From Scenedesmus sp. PABB004 (taxonomy: Eukaryota): a stretch of DNA of 64,000 nt. The stretch covers positions 62,001-126,000 of the forward strand of contig JABVCE010000023.1 in assembly GCA_014905635.1 (NCBI GenBank), in the 5' to 3' direction. A program made the translations under genes and the position numbers. Shown piece by piece: positions 38,105-49,782 of this stretch. The first letter of the stretch is position 1. Each line of letters starts with the position of its first letter. The notes beneath the pieces were generated by a model. The model was not told where the DNA came from and made no database searches. It was given only the letters and a program-made list of their open reading frames with translations.

Positions 38105-39655
38105 ATGACGCGTGGAGGCAGCGCCCGTGGCTCCGCGGAGCGCCGGGGGTTGCGCGCCTGGCTGGTGCCGCTGCTGCTGGCCACGGCGGCAGGGGCCGCG
38201 TCACAGCCGGGGGACCGCTACCCGTCGCTGCTGCGACCTCTGCCGCCAGAGGGCGCCGCGCAGCCGCCGCGCCGCGGCGACGCGCTGCCCGGTGCGCCGC
38301 GCCGCGATGCGCTGGCCTGGGCGGCCGGCCGGCCGGCCGTCGCCGCAGCTCACGCGCCCCCGTGCCCGCCGCAGGCGCCGGGGCGCCGCAGCTCGCCGAG
38401 GTGGACACCGAGCTGCTGCGCACGCAGCCGCCGCGCCTGCTGCTGGCCCTTCCAGGCGTCGGCGGCGGGGGCCTGCGCGTGCTGCGGCGCGGCGACGTCG
38501 GCCCCGGGCCATCCGCGCCGCCCGGCGCGGCGCCGGCGGCGGCCGGCGACGCCGCGGCGTGGGACGAGGCGCTGCCGGCGGCGTGGGTGGGCGAGGCGCT
38601 GCACGCGCGGCGCGGCCTGAGCGCGGTCGTGCTGACGCTGGACGCGGCCGGCACGGTGCGGGGGTCCATTCGCTTCTGGGACGCCGCCGCCAGGGGCGTG
38701 CGCTCCTTCACGGTGAGCCGCCGGCGCAGCCGGGGAGGGGGTCCAAGGGCATGGGCAAGGGTTTCCGGGAAGGGGGCACAGCGCTCGGGCGATGCGCAAG
38801 GCGGGCCGCAGCCGCCGCCGCTGAGCGTGCCGCGCCGTGCCGCGACGCAGGTGCTGCCGGCGGACGGCCCGGGCGCCGGCGGGGCGGGGCCGCGCCCGCG
38901 GGCCGCGTACGTGGTCCAGGAGTTCAGGGAGCTGCACGCGCTCAGCCGGGAGCCGACTGCGCAGACAGGCGCGCTCTCGCTGGGCGGCCTGGCCGGCCTG
39001 CCCCCGCTCGGCGGCACCTGCCCCGCGTGCGAGCGGAGCAAGGCGGGCGGCGGGCGGGGCGTCGGCGCCAGCGCGCAGGCAGCGGGCTCAGGGGAGCTGC
39101 AGGAGGTGCTGGCAGTGGAGCGCGTCCGTGACGTCGAGGGAGCGGGGCAGCAGCCGCAGCCGCAGCCGCAGCCGCAGCGCCAGCAGGGCGGCGGCCGCCG
39201 GCTGCGGCAGGACGCGGCCGCGCCGGCGACGCAGCAAGACGTCCTCGTGGTGTTCACGCGCGCCGCGGCGGCCGACGCCGGCGGCACCGCGGCGCTGGCG
39301 AGCAAGGTCGCCGAGAACGTGGCGCGCGCCAACCTCGCGTACGCCGACTCTGGCATCCGCCTGCAGCTCGTCGCGGTGGGGTTCCGCCAGGTGCGGGGGA
39401 GCGGCCAACGCAGCGCCCAGCGCGCCACCAGGGAGCGCCGCGCCTGCTCTGCCTGGCTGACCGCGCGCTGCCACGTGCGCGCGCCCCGCCGCGGCAGTGG
39501 AACTACAGCGAGGCGGGCAAGGCCGACGAGGATATCCTGGCGGACGCGATCGCCAGCCCCACGCTGCGCGCGTGGCGGTCCAAGGTGCGCCGCGCCGCGC
39601 GCCGGCCCGGAGCCAGGTCGCGCGTCTCGCCTGGCGCCCGTCGACCCCTTGACAC

Positions 39656-39737
<82 letters not shown>

Positions 39738-41149
39738 AGCTCGGGGCCGACCTGGTGTCGGTCTTTGACGGCGCCAGCTTCCCCGCGCCGGGCGGCGGCG
39801 CGTACTGCGGCGTCGCCAGCCTCGGCGGCGGGCCGGCGCGCGCGTTCAGCGTCGTGCACGGCGGCCGCTGCCGCGACGGCTTCAGCTTTGCGCACGAGAT
39901 CGGGCACAACCAGGGCTGCAGCCACTCGCGCGACGGCGCGGAGACGTACCGCGTGGGCCAGCAGGCGGGGCCGTACGCCTGGGGCTGGCGCCGGTACGGC
40001 GGCGCCGCACGGCGGCACCACGCGGCGGCGCCGCGCCGAGGGCGGCAGTCGCGCAGCGCGCCCGACCATCGCCGACAAAACCGCCGCCGCCGCCGCCACT
40101 GCCCGTGGGCGTGCGCCCTGTGTGGCCGGCCGACCGCCAGGTGCGACCTGGAGCCCGGCCTGGCGTTCCACACCATCATGGCCTACTACTGCCCCGAGCT
40201 CGCGGCCATCAACCACCAGGTCGGGTTGTTCTCAAACCCCGCCGTCGAGGCGCGGCCCGGCGTGCCGTCCGGCGACGCCGCCGACGGGCACTGCGCTCGC
40301 GCGATCGGGGAGACCGCCGCGGCGGTCGCGGCGTACGCGCCGCGCGGCGGCGCGCCGCACGCCGCGGCCACGCGCACAGCCGTCAACACCACCTGGCTGC
40401 GGCTCAGCGGCTGCGACGGCACGCCCGGGTCGCTCGTGTGCCCGCCGGGCACCACGGTGGGCCTGCTGGCCATCCGCTTCGGGCGCTGGGACCCGGCGGC
40501 CTGCGGCGGCGGCGGCGACCAGGGCGGGGCGGCGCTGGCGTCCAAGGTGTATGTCTATGACGCCTCGCCCCGCGCCGCGCCGGCGCTCACGCTCGCGGCC
40601 GACCTGGCGGCCGCCATCGGGGAGGACCCCGCCGCCATCGGGGAGGACCCCGCCGCCGCCGCCGCGGGGCTGGCCAGCCAGTACTCGGTCACGTTTGCCT
40701 GCAGCTCAGGTGGGTGCAGGCGCGGGGCCGGCTTCAAGCCCGCGCCAGAAAAGGAGAGCGGCGGCAGGTCTGGCCTGGCCTGGCGGGCCTCGCACGCGCG
40801 CGCGCGCGCGCGCTAGCGCGGCGCCGAGACGCGCCGCCCGCCCGCCCGCCGCGCAGCGCCACTGGCCATGTCTGTGATCGCCGGCTGCGACGGCGCCGCG
40901 GCGCGGCTCGTGTGCCCGCCGGGCACGCGGCTGCACGCAGCCGCGCTGCTGAAGCTCGGGCGGTGGGGGCCGACGAGCGACTACTGCGGCTCCGTGGCCG
41001 CGGGCACGCCGCCGGTGGCCAAGACCTACGCGCTGCGCCTGCCGGCCGCGCGCACGGCAAAGCTGCCGGCGTCGTGGGCGCCGCTGGTGGGGGACGACCC
41101 GGCGCCGGGGCTGCCCAAGCACTGGGAGCTGTTCTATGCCTGCGTGTGA
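38105..41149 (+). CDS. Secreted metzincin metallopeptidase (reprolysin-like/peptidyl-Asp type) with two C-terminal SUEL-lectin-like repeats, 7 exons
   Basis: Signal-like WLVPLLLATAAGA, DVLVVFT..ANLAYADSGI, GADLV, YCGVA, zinc motif HEIGHNQGCSH, Met-turn TIMAY and FSNP. Confidence 0.85.
39661..39737. repeat. (CCCGCG)12 hexamer repeat forming the 3' end of a metallopeptidase intron
   Basis: Directly visible; it runs into the acceptor AG at 39738-39739. Confidence 0.95.
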
Positions 41150-41380
41150 CCACGCGCGTGAGGGGAGGAGGGGGGCGCGGCACGCCCTCGGCAGGGGGGC
41201 ATTGGTTGCCCCGAGGAAGGGGCCGGCGGCCGCGAGGCCGGCAAGACGCGGCGGGGCGGGTTAACTCGCCGGAGAGAGCCCCCCGCGCGGTGCGGGCCCA
41301 ACCGCGCGGTGAGTGACGACCGCAGCACGCACTCGCGCTCGCACAGGCTCGCGAGAGACGTTCCACGCGGGGCCGCGAGG

Positions 41381-42721
41381 TCACGAGACGTTCCACGCGG
41401 GGCCCGCGAGGTCGCCCGGCACCTTGTGGTCCCCCGGCACCGGCCGCGCCTCGTAGACCGCCTCCACAGCGCGGCGCTGGCGCTGCGGGCGGCGCGGCGC
41501 AGCGCGGCGCGCGTGGGCGTGGGCGGTCAACTCTGCTGAAGCGAGCGAGCAGCGGCGACGCGGCGGGGGCGCGGCGGGCGGGCGCGCGCCCCCTCACCTC
41601 TGAGAACTCCCCCTTCAGGCCGACAAAGAGCAGCTCAGACTGCTCCGACCCAAAGGTGGACGGGAAGTGCAGGTCCAGGCTGTGCACGCCGTTGAAGCGG
41701 GCGACCCTGCGGCGGGCAAGCGCGCGTGGGCGCCGCCGTCGCGGCGGGCACTGCGCCGGGGGCGGGGCGGGCTGCGCGGGCACGCAGCCGCGGCGGCGGG
41801 GCTCACTGCGTGGGGTACTCCAGCGTCCCGTTGGCGTTGACCTCCTGAAGGTCCCACTCCTGCGCGGCGGGCCGCGGCGCGGGCGCGCGCCTCGGCGGCG
41901 GCGCAGCTGCGGACAGCGGCGGCGGCGGCGCGGCGCGGCGGCGGCGCAGCTGCGGACAGCGGCGGCGGCGGCGCGGCGCGGCGGCGGCGCCGCGCCTGCG
42001 TGGGCTGCATGCTGGCGATCGCAGCAAAGTCCAGGTCATCACGGTTGATGAACCTGCCGCGCAAAAAGGCAGCCGCGGTCGCCGTCACCGCGCGCGGAGC
42101 GGTCGGGCGGCCGGGCGCGGCCGCCCAGGCGGCGCCGCGCGCCGCGCGCTGCTCACGCGCGCATGCGGCTGGGCGCGGCGCCGCCGGCGCCGCCGATGAT
42201 GCAGATGGCCTTCAGCTTGGCCGCGCCGTCAAAGCTGCGGCGCGTGGCGGGCGGGGCGCGTGGCGACGAGCTCGCGGCGGCGGCGGCGGCGGCGCTGCGG
42301 GGCGGCGGCGGCGCTGCGGGGCGGCGGCGGCGCTGCGGGGCGCGCACGGGATGTGCAGCAGCAGCTCGCAGTCGTCCGGGTCGCTGCGCAGCGGCACCGC
42401 GGGCGGCTCCAGCGGCGCGACGCGCGCGGCCCACGCGCGGAAGACGTGCCTGCAGCTGCCCTCCACGTCCTCGTTGAGGCAGCGCACCTGGCGGCGGCGG
42501 CGGCGACGCGCGCGCGGCGGGGGCGCTCGGGCGGCGCCGGCGCCGCTGCCGCCGGTGCCGCTGCTGCCGCCGCCGGTGCCGCTGCTGCCGCCGCCGGTGC
42601 CGCTGCGCCGCTGCGCGCGCACGTGCGCCAGGTCGATGTGCCTGTACAGCGAGTAGGCCGGCCCGCAGTCGGCCGCCTCGCAGTCGTGGTCGTGCGCGCA
42701 GCAGGCGCCGGCGGGCGGCAT
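41381..42721 (-). CDS. PITH-domain protein (PITHD1-like), 7 exons
   Basis: CAHDHDC..YSLYRHIDL, CLNE, LRSDPDDCELLLHIP|FDGAAKLKAICIIG, FINRDDLDF, EWDL, LEYPT, RFNGVHSL, FVGLKGEF and YEARPVPGDHKV. GC donor at 41995. Confidence 0.92.
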
Positions 42722-43119
42722 CAGCGTTGACAGCGGGGCCGCGCGCTGCTCGGGCGCTCGGGCGTGCCGCGCGCTGCTGTTCGGGCGCTGCTGCCGCCGG
42801 GGTGTGCGCTTATCGGGCGGCTGCTTCCGGCGCTGGCGATGATCGTAGTAGTATGATGTCGCTGCGGCGCCCGATGCGAGCGTGGAGTGGGCGTGCGCCG
42901 CCGGGGGAGCGCAGCACGGGGCCGCGTCGTTCGCGGCAGCGGCGTAGCGGCGAACCGCCGGCGCGCTGTAACACGGCACCATGCGCGCGCCCTCCTTGCA
43001 GGGTTACTTCTGCGAGCAAGCTCCCGCAGCAGCCCCGCCCCCGCGCACGCGCCGGCGAAGCTGCTGCCGCTGCCCGCGCTCGCCGCCGCCGCTGCCGGCC
43101 CGCGCCAGGGGCGCGGACG

Positions 43120-43770
43120 ATGCGGCTCAAGCTGGAGTTCAGGTTGGCGCTCGTCGACCGCGCTGCCGCGGCGGCTGCGCCGCCGACCGCTCGTGCGCAG
43201 CAGCAGCGCACGCCCGCGCCCGCTCCCGCCACGCCGCCGCAGCGGCGGCTTGGAGCTGCTGTTCGGAGGGCTCAAGGAGCACGAGGTGGAGGTCCCCGCC
43301 GACGGCCAGGTGAGCTCGGCCGCCGGCGCGGATGCGGCGCCCCGCGCCGCGCGACCGGCGCGCACCGCGCCCACCCTCCGCGCCGCGCGCCGCGCCCGCC
43401 GCAGCTCACGGTCGGCCAGCTGCTGCCCTGGACGCGCGACGCGCTGCTGCAGGAGCGGCCGGAGCTGTTCATGAAGGGGGACTCCGTGTGAGCAGCCGCG
43501 CGGCAGGCGCGGCGCCGCAGCGCCCGCCCGCCCCCGCGCTCAGCGCTGCGCCGTGCGCCCCGGCGCGCGCAGGCGCCCCGGCATCCTGGTGCTGATCAAC
43601 GAGTGCGACTGGGAGCTCAGGTGCGGCGCGGCGCGGCGTGGGGCGGTCGCGCGCTGCGGGCGCCGGTCGCGCTGCCGACCCCCGCGCCCGGCCCGCGCAG
43701 CGGCACGCTGGACGCGCCGCTGCAGGAGGGCGACACCGTGCTGTTCATCTCCACCCTGCACGGCGGCTGA
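43120..43770 (+). CDS. URM1: Ubiquitin-related modifier 1, 5 exons
   Basis: [57 protein letters not shown]. Confidence 0.97.
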
Positions 43771-44058
43771 GCGGCGGCGGGCCCCAGCACCCGCACCACA
43801 CGCCGCCAACCGCACGCGGCCGCGCAGCCGCCGCCGCCGCGGCGCCGACGCGCGCCCCCGCGGTGCCGCCCCCCCTGCAGCGCACGCGCGATGGTCGCCC
43901 GACGGAATGCCAGCCCGCCCGCTGAGCTGGCCCGCCGCGCGCCACCGCCGGCCGGCGCCCCGCCGCCCGCACGAGGCGCGGTGCGCCGCAGCTGACCGCG
44001 CGTGCGGCGGCAGACGGGTAATCGTCACCAGCACGCTCGGCGCCTGAACACGAATCGT

Positions 44059-44063
44059 TTACA
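44059..44063 (-). promoter_or_regulatory. Putative TGTAA polyadenylation signal of the V-ATPase c gene
   Basis: TTACA on + about 400 nt past the stop at 44461. Confidence 0.6.
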
Positions 44064-44460
44064 GACGCGTCCCCCCACGCGGCCGCCCGCGCGCCGCCCA
44101 GCCCAGTCCGGTGCAGCGCCCCGCGTGCGGGTCGCGCGAGTATGCGGAAGAACACGCAGCACCCGCCCGCCCGCCCCTGCGCCCGCCCCGCCTGCCCGCC
44201 CCGCCCACCCGCCCCGCCCACCCGCAGCACGAGGGGCCGTGCTGGTCGCGATTGCCCCGCCCCCCTGCCGACCGACCCGCCCGCACGCATCGTAAACGCA
44301 GGGCGCGCGGCGCTCGCACGAGCTCGCCGCGGCCCGCACACCGCCGCCGCCGCCGCCGCGGCTGCTGCTGCAGCCCGCCCCGCGGCGCGTCAAACAGCGC
44401 CGGGGCCGCGGCGGCGGCGCGCCGCCGCCCACCGACCGCGGCGCCGAGACGCGGGGCGCC

Positions 44461-45589
44461 TCAGGGCGCCGCCGCGCTGCCCGCCTTGGACGACAGGATG
44501 ATGCCGACTGCGGCGCGCGGGGCGGGGCGGGGTGGGCCGTGTGGCGCGGCGCCCGCGCGAGCCCAGCTCGCGGCTGCCCCCCTGCGTGCTGCGCGCCGCG
44601 TGCCGCCCGGCTCGGCCGCGGGCGCAGCAGCGCGCACCGATGAGGCCGTACAGCGCCAGCGCCTCGGCGAAAATGAGGATAAGGATCATGCCGACAAAGA
44701 GCTTGGGCTGCTGCGCGTTGGCCCTGCACGGCGCGGCGGGCGGGCGCCGCAAGCAAACGCGGCCGGGCGTCGGCGGCGGGGTGCGCGCGCGGCGCGTGGC
44801 CGCCGCGGGCGCAGGGCGCGGGGCGCGCGGGCCGCTGCGCACCGCACGCCGGCGTCGCCGACGATGCCGATCGCCATGCCCGCCGCCAGGCCCGCGAGGC
44901 CGCACGACAGGCCGGACGCTAGGTGCGCGAAGCCGTCAAACAGGGTGTACTTGCCGGGCGTGACTGCGGGCGGGGTGGGCGCGCGCGCGCGGGGTGAGCG
45001 GCGCGCGCCGGCCGCGGCCGAGCAGGAGCAGCGGGAGCGCCGCCGGCGCGCGCGGGCCGCCGCGGCGCGGCGGCCGCCCGCTGGCGCCCGCGGCGGCGGG
45101 TACGGCCGCTCCCGGGTGCGCACCTCCCGTGCTGATGATCACGGCGATGATCAGGCCGTAGATGCCGAGCACGCCCGCCATGACCACGGGAACGATGGAC
45201 TTCATGACCAGCTCGGGCCGCATCACGCCCATGGAGGCGATGCCGACGCCGCTCTTTGCTGTGCCGTAGGCCGCGCCCATGCCTGCGCGCCCGCCCGGCA
45301 GCCGGGCGCAGCGCAGAGATCAGCGCGCCCCGCCCGGGCGCGCCCGGCCCGCCAGCCGCCCCGCGGCGCGCCGGTTCGGTGGCCCGCCGTCCCCTCCACC
45401 CGGGGAGCCGAGCCACGCCGCGCTGGCGCCCCGCTGCGCGCGCCGGGCCCCGCTTTCCTGGCGCGCGAGCCCCGGCGCGCGCCCGCGCCAGCCCCGGCCC
45501 GCCCCACGCTGCCCGCACGCACAGCTGAACACCAGCGCGCTGGCGGCGCCGATGAAGCCGAAGAACGGCGCGGTGTCCTGGGACTCCAT
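44461..45589 (-). CDS. VHA-c: V-type H+-ATPase 16 kDa proteolipid subunit c, 5 exons
   Basis: [98 protein letters not shown], with the catalytic Glu present. Confidence 0.98.
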
Positions 45590-46139
45590 CTCAGCCGCTG
45601 ATGAGCGAGCGCGCGCGGCGAGCGGCGGGGGGCGCACCAGCTGCGCTCGCGTGGACGTGGAGGCGAGGGCGCGGCGCAAGTGTGGGGCGGGTCACCGGCG
45701 GCAGGGAGGCCGACGCGGCGCGGCCGCGGCGGCGCGGCGCCGGCGCCGCTGCGCCGCTAGGGCTTGAGCTGCGCGGCGGCGCGCGATCGCCGGCGGCGCT
45801 CCCGCGAGCGGCGGGTCGCTCTCAGATACGCGCACGCGCGCGTGGCCGCGCGCCGGGAAAGGGGGGCTCGCTCTTCCGGCGCGGCGCCCGGGCTCCGCCG
45901 AGCGCGCGGGCGCCCGACGCGGCGCACGGCGACGAGCCGGGGGTTGTGTTAAGACCGCCGCCCCTCGCGCTGCTGCGGCAGGCGCGCTGCACACCACTCC
46001 CGTCTAAACGCACGCTCGGGCCTGACCGTCCAGCAATCGGAGCGGTGACCGCAGCCGCAGCCGCCGGCGGCAGCGCCGCGACGCGTGGGCAGGGCGCTCG
46101 CCGCCATGCTCAGCTCTGAGCCGCTCAAGCCGTAGCTCC

Positions 46140-49100
46140 ATGCTCTCGGGAGCCGCGCTGGCGGGCGCGCTGGCGGCGGGCGCGGCGCGGGGCGGGCCTG
46201 GGGCCGTCGCATCAGCGGCGCTCGCCGCTGCCGCCGGCCTGAGCACCAGCGCGGGGCCATGGGCGGCCACAGCGCAGCTCAGCCGCGCGCGCACCCAAGG
46301 TGCGTCGTCCGCGCCCTGGGCGCCGAGCGGGGGCCGGCTGCCCGGCGCGCTGCGGCCGCATCTCAGCCGCTGCTGCGGCCGCCGCCGCCGCCGCCGCGCA
46401 GGCGACCTGCCCAAGGTGCCCACGCTGCCGCAGCGCTCGGTGCTGCTGCGCAAGCTGGTGGCGCTGGAGCGCGCGCTGACGCCGCAGGCGGCGGCGCAGG
46501 CGGCCGGGGCGGTGCCGGGCGAGGCGCAGCAGCGGCGCGCGGCGCGCCGCACGGCGGCGCGGGCGTACCTGGCTGCCGTGCAGGCGGCGGCGGCGCGCCA
46601 GGACGTGCCGGCGCTGCTGGCGCACCTGGAGGCGGCGGCGGCAGCGGGGCGCGCGGACGGCCCCGCCGGCGCCGCGGGGGCCGGCGGCGGCGGCGCCGCG
46701 CTCGCGCCGCTGCCGGCGGCGGCCAGCGCGTCGCTGCTGTCGGGCGCGGCGGCGGCGGCGGCGCGGGGGCTGGCGGACGCGAGCGGGCGGCCGGAGCACG
46801 CGCAGGCGTTCCTGGAGCTCGCAGTCGACCGCCGCCTGCTGGCGCCGCCGCAGCTGCAGCGCGCGCTGCACGCTGTGCTGGCGGCCTACGCCGCGCGCGG
46901 CGACCACCGCGGCGCGCTGGCCGCGGCGTCGCGCTTCTACGACACCGGCGCGGGCGGCAGCCTGCTGCCGCCCGGGGCGCGCCCCAGCAGCTGCACGCTG
47001 GCGCTGCTGCTGCACTCGGCGGCGGCGACGCGCGAGCCGGACCTGCTGCTGGGCGCCTGGAAGTACTTCTGGGGCCAGGCGGCGCTCCCGCCGCCGGTCG
47101 TGCTGCACGCGCTGGTGCACGGCGCGGTCACGTGCGACCTCGCCGCGACGCGCGGCGGCGGCGGCGGACACGGCGTTGCCGCCGCGCCCGGCGGCGCGAG
47201 CGTGAGCGCCACGCTCTTTGAGCGCGACAGCTCGACCGCGGAGGTGCTGACGGACATCGCGCACAGCCTGCAGCAGCAGCACAGCGCGGCGCTCGCGGCG
47301 CACCGGCAGCAGCTGCTGCTGCTGCAGCAGTCGGAGCGGCAGGCGGCCGCGGCGACCGCCGCGGCGACCACGCAGCAGCGGGGCCCACCGGGCAGGCGGC
47401 GGTGGGGCGGCGGCGGTGAGGAGCAGCAGCTCGCGCAGCAGCAGCAGCAGCAGCTCCAGCAGCCGCCGCCGCCTCAGCCGCCCGCGCCGCGGCTGGCGGC
47501 GCCGCTGCTGCACGCCTGCCAGGCCAGCGTGCTGCTCGGGCTCTCTGCCAGCGCGGCGGACGTGGACCTGCTGCTCCTGAGCCAGCTCTTCCAGCCGGGG
47601 GGCCTGCCGCTGGCCGACCTGCTCCCGCTCAGCAGGCAGCTGGCGCAGCAGGAGCGGCAGCGGGAGCGGCAGCCGGGGCGCGTGCCGCTCGAGCAGGAGC
47701 TGGCGCCGCTGGCCGCGCTGCAGCGCCTGGACGGCGCGTCGTTGCCGCGCTTCCCGCCGCCGCTGCGCGCCGACGTGGCGCGCGCCGCGGTGGCGGCGTA
47801 TGCGCGGCACGGCGCGCTGGCGCGCGCCGCGGCGGTCGCGCACGCCGCCGCGGTGGGCAACCCGCGCGACTTGCAGCAGGTCCACCTGCTCATACGCAGC
47901 CAGGCCGCTGCGGGGCAGCTCCTGCCCGCGCTGGTGGCGATGACCAAGCTGCGGGAGCACCTCTGGCAGGCCACCACGCCCACCGCGCAGGCGGCGATGC
48001 TGCGGTGAGCCCGGCGGCCGCGCCGCCGCGCGCGTCCCCGCGGCCCCGCCTCGCGCGCCGCCCGCGGCGGCGGCGGCCCCGCGCCCCGAGGCCCACCCGC
48101 CCCGCCCGCCGCCCGCCGCCGCCCGCCCGCCCGCCCGCCCGCCGCGCCCCGCCCGCGCCGCCCGCCGCCGCCCGCCCGCGCCCGCCCGCCCGCCCGCCCG
48201 CCCGCCGCGCCGCCCGCCCGCCCGCCGCCCGCCGCCGCCGCGCGCCGCGCCGCCCGCGCCGCGCCGCGCCGCGCAGGGCGCTCGCGCGCGGCGGCGCGGG
48301 GCCGCCCCTCGGCGCCGCGCCCAGCCCGAGCCGGCTCATGAGCATTTTCCGGCAGCACTGCACGCCGCACCCCAAGACCTGGGGCGCGCTGCTGCAGGGC
48401 ATGGCGCTCGCGGGCGACCGCGGGCACCGCCTGCTGGCCGTGCTGCGCAGCGCGGTCGCGCAGCCGTACGGCTTCATGGCCATGGCCCGCTTCGCCCCCG
48501 ACGCGGTCGACCGCGGCCGCTCGCGCCTGCTGGCGCAGCTCTTCCGCGGCGTCCTCGCCGCGCCGCCGGGCCACGGCGAGCGCCTCGCCGCGGCGGCGGC
48601 GGCGGTCGCCGCGGCCGCGGCGGCGGGCGGCGGCGCGGCCGACGCGCGCCTGCGCGCCGCGCTCGCGCCGCCGGGCACGGGCGGCGGCGCGACGCTCGCG
48701 CTCGCGCCGCCGGCGGCGCCGCGCGGGGCACAGCAGCCGCTGCCGCTGGCGCAGCAGCGCCCGCTGCCGGGCGTGCGCCTGGCGGAGCAGCCGGTGCACC
48801 TGCGCACCCAGGTGGTGCTCGTGCTGGGCGTGCTGGAGGTGCTCGGCGCGTGGGGCGTGCGCCTGCGGCACGACGCGGCGCTCGCGGCGGCGCTGCAGGT
48901 GCTGCGCTACTGCTCCGACACCGACGACGCCCGCCAGTCTGGTGAGAGGCAGCCCGCGCGCGCGCCGCCTGGCGGCGAGGGACGGGGGAGAGCGGGGGAG
49001 GCGGACGGCCCGCCGCCGCGCTGTCGCCGCTCGCCGCCGACCCGCCCGCCCGCCCGCCCGCCCGCCCGCGCGTCGTGCCGCCAGCAGGCCTGCTGGTGGC

Positions 49101-49605
49101 GGTGCTGCGGTCGTCGCTCGGCCTGGGCGTGCGCCCGGGGCGCGCGAGCCTGCGCGCGCTGCTGTCGTGCTGCGCCGACCTGGAGTCGCGGCCGGGCCGC
49201 GCGCCACTGGGCCTGGCGGCGGGCCCCGGGTTTGAGCTGCCGGGCCACGGCTACGTTGACCTCGGCCGCGTGCTCCGCGCCGCTCAGGAGGCGCTGGACG
49301 AGGAGCAGCAGCAGGAGCAGCAGGAGCAGGGGCAGCAGCGCGGCGGCGGTGCGCCGCCGACCGCGGCGGGCGCGCCGCCGACCGCGGCGGGCGTGCCGAG
49401 CGCGCAGCAGCTGGCGGGCGAGCTGCTGCGGGGGTGGGTGTTTGCGGCGACCTTTGACTGGGCAGACTGCGTGATGGAGCACGGCCCCGCCTGGGCGCTG
49501 CGCGGCGGCAGCGGCGCGCCGGGCGGCGGCGGCGGCGGGGGCAGCGCCGAGGGCGCCGCAGAGTCGTCAGAGTCGTCGTCGGCAGCGGCGGCGGCGGTCG
49601 CGTAG
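46140..49605 (+). CDS. Hypothetical helical-repeat protein with degenerate PPR-like motifs, possibly organellar, about 4 exons
   Basis: Ala/Leu-rich helical segments such as LHAVLAAYAARGD, PHPKTWGALLQGMA and GVRPGRASLRALLSCC, with a transit-peptide-like N-terminus. Donors at about 46300, 48005 and 48942. Confidence 0.5.
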
Positions 49606-49782
49606 GGCACCTGCCATCATCTGGGTGCGTTACGCGATGCTCTCCCTCCCTGCCGCAATGCGCGGGCAATCCCCTCGGCCCCCGCCCCGTCGCGCTCAAT
49701 GCTCCCACAACCGATCCGGTGTGATGCGACAGCTGGCGCACAGGCGCCGCCACCCCGCCGCCGCCCGCCCCGTCCCGGGGCC

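Noticed and set aside
42967..42971. TGTAA on the + strand
   Set aside because: It lies in the divergent PITH/URM1 promoter region, far from any + strand stop.
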